Positions 17,887-26,500 of a stretch of DNA of 64,000 nucleotides are shown one piece after another. Position 1 is the first letter of the stretch; each line of letters begins with the position of its first letter. The notes below the pieces were generated by a model. It searched no databases. It was not told the origin of the DNA and saw only the letters and a program-made list of their open reading frames with translations. The translations under genes were made by a program, and so were the position numbers. The DNA comes from an uncultured Candidatus Poseidoniales archaeon (lineage in GTDB: Archaea; Thermoplasmatota; Poseidoniia; Poseidoniales; Poseidoniaceae): positions 4,922 through 68,921 of the forward strand of contig CAXGWS010000008.1 in the NCBI GenBank assembly GCA_964013535.1, given 5' to 3'.

Positions 17887-19977
17887 ATGTCAGGTATAGC
17901 GCAAAAATTAGCATCCAACCAAAAACAAGTAGCAATTTCGGAATTTTTTGAGAAAAATAAACACTTTTTAGGTTTTGACTCACCAGTCAGGTCACTGATA
18001 ACAGCAGTAAAAGAGGCCGTGGACAATTCCCTCGATGCATGCGAGGAGGCTAGAATTCTTCCGTCGATTAAAGTCAAAGTCACAAAAATTGATACCAAAA
18101 AAGACATTATCGAATTAGTTTGTGAAGATAATGGTCCTGGAATCCCTCAGAAAAGCATAGAGAAAGTGTTCGGACAATTACTGTTTGGTTCAAGATTTCA
18201 CGCCATTAGACAATCAAGAGGCCAGCAGGGGATTGGCATTACAGGAGTGGTGATGTATAGTCAATTAACCACTGGCAAACCCACCCACGTTAAGTCAAAA
18301 ATCGCCACTGAATCCACAGCTGCGGTCGTCGATATCGGGCTAGATACAAGAAAGAATAAAGCGACGAAGAGTAATTCTGGACGAGAATTATGGCAACTGG
18401 ACAATGGAGAAATGAAGAAGCACGGGCTTGAGGTAACCACTCGAATGAAAGCCAAATACCAGAAAGGTAGGCAAAGCGTTTGGCAATACTTGAGGATGAC
18501 CAGTATAGTAAATCCCCACGCTGAAATTACTTTCACTGACCCTGATGGGGAAATTCACCACTGGCCAAGAGTTACAGAACGGCTTCCTGGGAAGGTAGAA
18601 TCAATAAAACCCCATCCGCATGGAATAGAACTTGGTCAATTACAAAGAATGCTTACTGAATCTACTGATTCGAGATTGTCAGTATTCTTGCGGACTAATT
18701 TTTCTGGCGTTTCCACAAGAGCGGCGAAGGAATTGTGTGCGGCCGCTGAATTAGATGTCAAAGTTAAGCCTAAACAAATGTCACCAGACCAAATTAGAAG
18801 CCTATTGGAAGCCTTTCAAGGCGAAAAAATGTTTAATGGCAAACCGGTTAAACTACTCAATCCACCTACCAACTGTCTGTCTCCAATCGAAGAAATGCTA
18901 ATCAAGAAAGGTCTATCCAAGACTATCGATTCAAGATATGCAACGACTATGACAAGAGCGCCGAACGTCTCTCAAGGAAACCCGTATCAGGTCGAAGTTG
19001 GTTTAATCTTTGGTGGAGACATGGCAGGGGACAAGGCAGTTGAAGTATTGCGATTTGCTAATCGTGTACCGCTAATGTATCAACAGGGTGGCTGCTTGTT
19101 AACCAAAGCCATAGAATCTGTAGATTGGCGCCAATATGGCCTTGATCAAGCCGGCGGAAAAGGTGTTCCTAAAGGCCCTGCAGCGATTCTTGTTCACCTT
19201 GCAAGTACCAATGTACAATTCACATCAGAGGCGAAGGAAGCACTGGCGGATAATGGAGAAGTGATGGAAGAGGTGAGAAAGGCTATGCTTGAAATGGGGC
19301 GTGGGCTGAGAAAACACCTAGAAAAGAAAAAGAAGATGGCCAAGACCAAAGAGAAGTTCGAACTTATCAACGATATTTTACCGGCCATCGCAGCAAAATC
19401 TGCTCAGATTTTGGATAAACCAATTCCAGACTTGGCGGGCTCGATTACCAAAATTATGTCCGCAGTTATTTGTGAAACTAGTACTGAATGGAATAAGGAA
19501 ACTAAAACAGCCGATGTGTCAATCAAAATTTACAATTACACTGCTAGGGCAAGAGCATACACAATGCTGGCTACCTGGCCAGAAAAATCTGGAGCATCGA
19601 TGATAAATAATCAAACTGGAGGACGGAAAGAGGCTACTGGTGTTTGGGCTTGGAAATTAGAAACCCTGCAACCGGGCGAAAATATCACGATTTCATACAG
19701 TCTTGACGGTTTAGAAAAAGGTGATTGGACTGAAACGGATGTGTTCTATCGAGGAAGTCAAGAAATAATTGGTGCAATGAAGATGGATGAGAAATATCTC
19801 GAGGAAATTCGCAACCAAGAAAAAATACTCAATGAACTGAATTCGGTAAATGAAAGCCAAGATTCTGTAGAGATGGAAAGTGTTGCTCCTACTAAAATTA
19901 TTGAGCAACCCCCAATACCTGAACCGGCTGTCAAGCCACCGACTGGACAATCTACCTTATTCGGAGGTGATCAGTGA
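17887..19977 (+). CDS. top6B: DNA topoisomerase VI subunit B
   Basis: The Bergerat-fold motifs EAVDNSLDA, EDNGPGI and GQQGIG are present. The ATG at 17887 is preferred over the GTG at 17878. There is a long acidic/Pro-rich C-terminal extension. Confidence 0.95.
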   Translation: MSGIAQKLASNQKQVAISEFFEKNKHFLGFDSPVRSLITAVKEAVDNSLDACEEARILPSIKVKVTKIDTKKDIIELVCEDNGPGIPQKSIEKVFGQLLFGSRFHAIRQSRGQQGIGITGVVMYSQLTTGKPTHVKSKIATESTAAVVDIGLDTRKNKATKSNSGRELWQLDNGEMKKHGLEVTTRMKAKYQKGRQSVWQYLRMTSIVNPHAEITFTDPDGEIHHWPRVTERLPGKVESIKPHPHGIELGQLQRMLTESTDSRLSVFLRTNFSGVSTRAAKELCAAAELDVKVKPKQMSPDQIRSLLEAFQGEKMFNGKPVKLLNPPTNCLSPIEEMLIKKGLSKTIDSRYATTMTRAPNVSQGNPYQVEVGLIFGGDMAGDKAVEVLRFANRVPLMYQQGGCLLTKAIESVDWRQYGLDQAGGKGVPKGPAAILVHLASTNVQFTSEAKEALADNGEVMEEVRKAMLEMGRGLRKHLEKKKKMAKTKEKFELINDILPAIAAKSAQILDKPIPDLAGSITKIMSAVICETSTEWNKETKTADVSIKIYNYTARARAYTMLATWPEKSGASMINNQTGGRKEATGVWAWKLETLQPGENITISYSLDGLEKGDWTETDVFYRGSQEIIGAMKMDEKYLEEIRNQEKILNELNSVNESQDSVEMESVAPTKIIEQPPIPEPAVKPPTGQSTLFGGDQ

Positions 19978-21074
19978 TGGCAGGAAGGATGACCGCTGAA
20001 CAAACCAAATCTGCCATGCAGTTGGTTGTTTCAGAGATGTATGACAAGATTGTCAAAGGAGAACCTCCAACTATGACTTTACCAGTTAGGACAAAAAATA
20101 ATATTGGTTTTGACCGGAAACTTGGAGTTTACAAGTATGGCAAGAATAAGTCGATTCGTGATGCAACAAGCCTTGGTTCAGCAAAACAACTTCTCCGAGC
20201 ATTACATATCATTGAGTTCATTGAGGACATGATTGATTCTGGTAAGTCTTCTACTTTGAGAGAAATGTACTACATCTCGGAAAGTTGGGGACTAGGGAAG
20301 TTTGGTAGTCAGAACGAGTCCAATAACCTCGCTGAAGATTTAGAAATCGTGACCAAGTGTCTCCGAGAAGACTTCAAATTACGACCAGAAGAAGACGGTG
20401 CGAGAATTATTGGTAATCTCACCCTCCAAGAAAGAAACCGACGTGGAGAATGGATGAGAATTAATGCAAGGGATGATGTTGGTGATTCGGGTTACGGCGT
20501 TCCATACAATGTTGAGACTGAGAAAATTGAGTTCCTTGAGCACGACATTAATTTCCTAATGGCGATTGAAACTGGTGGTATGTTTGACAGATTAGTGGAG
20601 AATGGCTTTGATGAGGATTTCAAGTGCGGTCTCTTGCATCTGAAAGGACAACCTGCTCGGTCAACTCGGAGAATTATCAAACGGATGAGCGAAGAATGGG
20701 ATCTACCAGTAGTAGTATTCCTTGACGGCGATCCGTGGTCATTCAGAATCTTTGCCTCAATTGCTTATGGGGCAATAAAAACGGCTCATATTTCTGAGTA
20801 TTTGGCAACCCCAAGTGCAACATATCTTGGAATAACTTCTGATGATATAGTCGCTTATGATTTGCCAAGTGATGACTTATCGAAAAAAGATATTGAAGCA
20901 TTGAATGCTGAATTATCTGACCCCAGATTCGCTGATTCGTGGTGGCAAGACCAGATTAACATGATGCTTGAACTGGGTAAAAAGGCTGAACAGCAATCAT
21001 TGGCTAAGTATGGTTTAGATTTCGTAACCGACACTTATCTACCGGAGAAATTGTCTGAGTTGGGTCTCGCTTAG
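19977..21074 (+). CDS. top6A: DNA topoisomerase VI subunit A (Spo11 family)
   Basis: LREMYYISE carries the catalytic Tyr region, and the Toprim motif is [13 protein letters not shown]. The start overlaps the top6B stop (TGATG). Confidence 0.95.
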   Translation: MAGRMTAEQTKSAMQLVVSEMYDKIVKGEPPTMTLPVRTKNNIGFDRKLGVYKYGKNKSIRDATSLGSAKQLLRALHIIEFIEDMIDSGKSSTLREMYYISESWGLGKFGSQNESNNLAEDLEIVTKCLREDFKLRPEEDGARIIGNLTLQERNRRGEWMRINARDDVGDSGYGVPYNVETEKIEFLEHDINFLMAIETGGMFDRLVENGFDEDFKCGLLHLKGQPARSTRRIIKRMSEEWDLPVVVFLDGDPWSFRIFASIAYGAIKTAHISEYLATPSATYLGITSDDIVAYDLPSDDLSKKDIEALNAELSDPRFADSWWQDQINMMLELGKKAEQQSLAKYGLDFVTDTYLPEKLSELGLA

Positions 21075-21116
21075 CCGTACAAGCATTGATGTGGGACTTC
21101 ATCCGGTGCAACCATC

Positions 21117-22136
21117 ATGGCACAAGCTGATGCTAACCCGTGGGCTTTACGCGTTGGAGTTGCAGGGTTAGTATGTCTACTGATAGGCGCAGTGGTTATT
21201 TTTACCAACGGTGACCAAATAGATGCGGCTTCAAGTCCAAAAAAAATTAGTGAAGTATCAATAACCGGAGGAGGTGCAGAAACTGTTGAGTTAGACGAAA
21301 GTTGCTACTCAGCGGTTGTAATTACGGAAGATATCAGCAATGTTAGCCTGCTTGAGATGAGTGGTTCGAATGTTGCCGATGAGCCACTAGAGGCGAGCAA
21401 TTGCAAAACAGACTGGTCTCCGATGGACTCAGATGGTAGCGAATTTATCATCATCAAGTCGTGGAATATTGCAGAAAGTGGAGAATATGTGATAGAGGTA
21501 ACTTGTGAAGAAAATTGTGATAATTCCACGCTATGGCTCGTCGACGCGACCAGCGCCCAATGGAAGTTGTTGGAACAACCTGCTCTGTTATTTGGTGGTG
21601 CAGCTTGTTGTGTTGGCATCCTAATATTGCCGCTAGCGTTCATTCTTTATCTGACGAACAAAAACAGTGGTGGACCAAAGGTGATGATGGTAAACGCCGA
21701 TGGCCAAGTAATGCCGATTACAGATTTAACTCCCGACAATATCGCAAGAATCCAACAACAACCCGTAGAAAAAGTCGATAACCCGTTCGCAGATACCGGT
21801 ATTACCGATTCAGAACAATTCGTCGATGGTAGACAAGAGGTCGAGAAAGGTACATTACTGACTACAGACCAAGTATTTGCCTTGATGAAGGGCGATGTTG
21901 ACGAGGCTCAGAGTCGAGTCGCTGACCCGTTTGCTGATTACAATACAATCCGTCAACCAGAGATCGAAAAGAAATCGAGCAACACAAAAGAAATCGCCTC
22001 TTGGGATGAGGGTGGGAATTTCACAACTCCAAAATCAGGCATTACTGTTGATACTAAGACTAAAGTTAAGCAGCAACAGTCGGCTAAGAAATCTGAAACC
22101 AAGCCAAATGCATGGAAAGACTGGGATGAAAACTAG
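21117..22136 (+). CDS. membrane protein: TM - Cys-containing ectodomain - TM - long polar tail
   Basis: The TM helices are VGVAGLVCLLIGAVVIF and FGGAACCVGILILPLAFILYL. The ectodomain has paired Cys residues. Confidence 0.5.
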   Translation: MAQADANPWALRVGVAGLVCLLIGAVVIFTNGDQIDAASSPKKISEVSITGGGAETVELDESCYSAVVITEDISNVSLLEMSGSNVADEPLEASNCKTDWSPMDSDGSEFIIIKSWNIAESGEYVIEVTCEENCDNSTLWLVDATSAQWKLLEQPALLFGGAACCVGILILPLAFILYLTNKNSGGPKVMMVNADGQVMPITDLTPDNIARIQQQPVEKVDNPFADTGITDSEQFVDGRQEVEKGTLLTTDQVFALMKGDVDEAQSRVADPFADYNTIRQPEIEKKSSNTKEIASWDEGGNFTTPKSGITVDTKTKVKQQQSAKKSETKPNAWKDWDEN

Positions 22137-22144
22137 GTGATAAA

Positions 22145-22720
22145 ATGAAGAAAATTATTTTTGTTGCCATGACAATAATCGGCCTCTTGGTGGTTATTTT
22201 CTCATCGTTGGGTATCACTCAAGAACTCAGTGATTCAGATACTGTCGATGCCATGCTACCACCGTGCACTGTCGAAGATGGATTGCCGTTTGTCGGTGAG
22301 GATGATGTTACATGCTATTGGGGAATGTCGGGAGAAGTACTTGAAATTCCAAGCGAAGCCATTGCAGCAGATGTTGACGTCGAGATTTCGTGGATTAAAT
22401 CGGGCGTGTGGATTGGAATTGCAGAAGCGAGTGAAGCAGATAAATGCGAACTCAAAGGAGACTATTACGAATGCGACAAAGAATCCGTAAACCTAATCGC
22501 TGGCGGACCATCTTCCAACGGTGAAATTACTTGGCAGCCGATACCGGGTGAATATCGATTTGTGGCTGGTGGTGATGACACTCAGACATTACAACAATTC
22601 GACGTGGATTGGAATTACCAAGCCTCGTTGAAATCAGGATTGGCTATCATGCTATTATTCGTCGGTCTTTCAATGTCCGTTGCAGGGGCTGTTTTGTGGT
22701 TTAAATTAAGCAAACGCTGA
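22145..22720 (+). CDS. membrane protein: TM - Cys-containing ectodomain - TM (same layout as upstream gene)
   Basis: The TM helices are IIFVAMTIIGLLVVIF and LAIMLLFVGLSMSVAGAVLWF. It lies 8 nt after the upstream gene. Confidence 0.5.
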   Translation: MKKIIFVAMTIIGLLVVIFSSLGITQELSDSDTVDAMLPPCTVEDGLPFVGEDDVTCYWGMSGEVLEIPSEAIAADVDVEISWIKSGVWIGIAEASEADKCELKGDYYECDKESVNLIAGGPSSNGEITWQPIPGEYRFVAGGDDTQTLQQFDVDWNYQASLKSGLAIMLLFVGLSMSVAGAVLWFKLSKR

Positions 22721-22762
22721 CTTGAAAAGGTTCTTGAATTAGTTAACCTTAGGTTGAGCAAT

Positions 22763-23509
22763 ATGGCCGATATTGACCTTGCCTTGTGGCTGTTACAAAA
22801 TAAAGTAAGACGACAAATCCTTGAGAGGCTCGTCCGTGAACCTCACTATCCAATGCAATTAGCAGAATTAATCGGAGTGAGTCAACAAGCGATAAACAAA
22901 CACCTCAAAGAACTAGAAAAAGGTAATTTTGTGGCAAAACTAAAGGTTCCAAGTGAAAAAGGTGGTCCACCAAGAACGATTTACACAGTTCAAGAAGCCA
23001 CCTCGATAAGAATCGACTTAGGGCCTGACCTGTTCAATTGTGAGCAAAGAAAACTACCCGCTGGAGGGCCAATGAGGCTTTCCAGTAAACTACCTGAATC
23101 AACGCATTCCGTAGCCGAGGTGGTTAGCGGTAGAAAGCGTATTTCAGTCAGCGAGGGAGTTGGTCATCTCGCTGAACTAAACCAAGTGATAGAAAGACTG
23201 GATACCGAAAGAGATGCACTGATTTCACTACACCAACACATTCGAAATCGTATCTCGCAGGGTGTTGACAGTGATTTTGAGCAGTATGAAGAACGAGCGA
23301 TGATCCACTCGATAATTGAAGCCCCAGAAAAGCGTCTCGACCTAAACCTACTCAGCAAAGAACTTCAACTTGGCCAACGCCAAGTTTCCGAACTGCTTGA
23401 AGAGGTTCGAACGAAACTGCAACGGCAAATTTCACAAAAAGCAGGGCATATCATCGTCACACCAGAAAATTCCGACCTATATTGGTGGCTTGGTGATTAC
23501 AAGAAGTAA
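22763..23509 (+). CDS. ArsR-family winged-helix transcriptional regulator with C-terminal coiled coil
   Basis: The wHTH region reads RRQILERLVREPHYPMQLAELIGVSQQAINKHLKELEKGNFV. The ATG at 22763 is preferred. Confidence 0.7.
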   Translation: MADIDLALWLLQNKVRRQILERLVREPHYPMQLAELIGVSQQAINKHLKELEKGNFVAKLKVPSEKGGPPRTIYTVQEATSIRIDLGPDLFNCEQRKLPAGGPMRLSSKLPESTHSVAEVVSGRKRISVSEGVGHLAELNQVIERLDTERDALISLHQHIRNRISQGVDSDFEQYEERAMIHSIIEAPEKRLDLNLLSKELQLGQRQVSELLEEVRTKLQRQISQKAGHIIVTPENSDLYWWLGDYKK

Positions 23510-23521
23510 TCTAGCTAACAC

Positions 23522-26500
23522 TTAGTCTTCGGATGACAGAACCGAAACCAGTGATGATTGCTCTGCAATCCGCTTGTTGACTTCTTCTCTTCTTGCCTTG
23601 CCGACAAAGTAGACTACACCGAGTAGTGATAGTGTTAGTAATATTACAACAAATGGCAGCGCGGTCTTACCGACAATTTGACCAGCAACATCAAAGAACG
23701 GACTTGGAGATTCTAGTGGCTCGGGTATTGCCTTGATGTTGTTGCTTTCACTTCCTTCTACGATGTTATCCATTGGATCTACCACCACATAGACACCCTT
23801 ACTACCTGCTACAACAGGATATAACAAGTAAATCTCGATTTCTTTAGCATCCTCTGAATCGTCTGGAGCGAGGAGCGCACCGACAACCTGTCGCATGACT
23901 ATGCTGTCCTCATCACAACCATTTCGCTTGATGTCGTTGATAATTGATTGACTGTTAGCATCATCATATTGGCACAGTACGATTTCGATATCGGTAGCAT
24001 GAGTGTTTCCGACATTTTGAAGAATTATTCCGACTGGAATCGTCGAGTCAATTTCCCCACTATATTGTGAAATCAAGATTTCCTTGACTACCAAATCTGG
24101 TGCTTTTAGGCTCAAAGTCACAATGAACTCATTGCTGTCAAGATTTTCACCTTGCCATGACGGTGATGAATCATAATCGCCACCTTCAGTCATATCGCCA
24201 GCCATTGAAACTACCTTCAAACCAACGTTACGAGTATCCAATTTCGCAGTAGTGGAAATCTTCACAACAGCAATCATCTCGATTGTCTGATATGGTGCCA
24301 TCTTAGGCATCATGTAGACCATGTTTGGCTCGATGTAAGCACATCGTGTAGAATCTTGCATTTCCTCGACCATTGTATAATACGAATCGGTCTCAACCTG
24401 GCTTGCATCACTTGCTGGCATTGGATCAGAGATGATTACACACTCTTCATCAACACTCAAATCATTACTGATTTTCTTTATTGTTCGCCATTCAACTGAC
24501 CAGCCACTGAGCGCACCCATTCCTGGCAATTCAGACCAAACCAAGTTGTTGCCTTGAGTCTGAGCTGTGTGATTATCAAGCATTGGCCAGTCTTGCACAT
24601 TCCCGTTGTTGGTTATGTTGACGGCAAAACTTACTACCTTTCCAGGAGCAGAAACTTTGACTGGATTATCAATTGTTGAATCCATTGTGATTTCCATATC
24701 ATAGAACTCATTGACGTAAACGTAGAGGAAATCAACATCACGTTCCCGTGTGATACGGTTTTCCTCATTGGGATATGCTTCTTCGGACAGGGTTTTGAAC
24801 TCAACAACATATAGTCCTGCACCAATATCAAACTCTGGAATATTCATTAATACATCAAAAGTCTGGTCAGAGTCCCTATCTAATTCCTCAAGACTTTCAC
24901 GCGGTATTACGATATCCCAGTGACCAGTTCTTACCGGTACGCCGGTTGGATCAATCACTGTGGTTAGACGGAAATCAAATCTGTCCGGCCCGTTACCGTT
25001 GTTAGTTGTTGTAACAGGTAAAACCAAATTTTCTCCTGGATTTACGGCGATGGCCGAAATAGGATTGCCATTGGAATCTGTGACCGATACTAGCCTGTCT
25101 GCTTCTCTTTCTATCTGAGTATCAAGACTGTACTCATGGATTACATTCACCGTGTAGCGGCCCGAATCAGATACTTTTTGATAGCCTTCAAGATTGGCTT
25201 GGAGAGTGAAACTCTTGGAGCCGATACTCGCATCATCTGGAACGCAAACGTTCACTCTTACAGTCCAAGTCCTGAAGGTTGTTCCTGCATCTAGTTTCCA
25301 TTCAATTGGGGTTCCCAATGTTGCTTCTGCGCCTCCTGGTGTCTGCGAGAAATCAATTGTGAGTAACCAATTGGATTGTCTCCATGTTGCTTCATCAACA
25401 TCATCAGGTTGTTGTTCGGGTGCACCTGGAGTGCTAAAAATTAGATTTCCTGATTCGAAATTCTTGGTTACGTCTTGTTCAAATCTGTGGCACTCACCAG
25501 CCTTAATCTCAACTTCCTTTTCATCGGCAAGCATTTCTTCAAAGACAATATTTCCTTCTGATTTTATGGACACGAATATTCCCAACTCAAGTATGTCGTA
25601 GGTTCCTTTGTCAACTGATTTTATTGGCTCGCCTTCCGACCAGCCTTTCAGATATATTACGAAGGCGCCAGGGTCCTCGGTTGATGGAACTTTGACGGTA
25701 AGAATCTTGGTTGTAGATTTTCCTGGGTCGAGTTCTACTCGCAACGGGAAGGTGATTTCCCAGCCAAACGGCAATAGCCACTCTTGCTGTCCTTCCAAGG
25801 TATTTGGATCCCAGAATAGGAAACTATCCTGAACGTTGCCCGTATTGGTTATTGTTATGGAGAATGTTGCTTGACTACCCTGTTCAATATCCTGAACACT
25901 TAGTGAGGTATCTAGACTTATACCGTGAACAACATCCATCAGGGTAAGCGTGGTCAAGTCCGACCTAATTGCAGGATCTTTGTAGGATTTAGCGGTGACC
26001 ACTATCTGAGCTAATTCATCTTCGTTTGCTTGATAGATGGTAGGTGCTTGGACACGCAGATAGAAGTTGATGAATTCTCCACCTTTCAAGAAAATTGGCG
26101 TTGTTGGAGTGATTTGGGTTTGGTTGTCGGAGAAGAAGATTTGTGCGCTCCAGTTCTGCGGTACTCCGGTAATGTTCAATCCGTATGTGTCAGCCACCAA
26201 ATCGATATCTCCCGGAGTAGAATTATTCATTGTCATATTGAACAGGGTTTGTTCGCCCGGTTCGATAACGTGATAGAAAGTCTCACCCAGTTCTAATTCA
26301 ACATCAACCTGTCCGGTAAGCACATGCGAATAACAGATAGTAAATGCACCATTCTGCTCATCATTACACTTATTTCGGTCTGACCAGCCAACGTGTGCTC
26401 CGCTACCCAAGTCATTAGCGAAGGCTGGCGGCATTCCAATTTCAGGTCGGCCTGCTGTATCAGTACCCAATTTGTTACTTGCCCAACTTGTAATCGGGAC

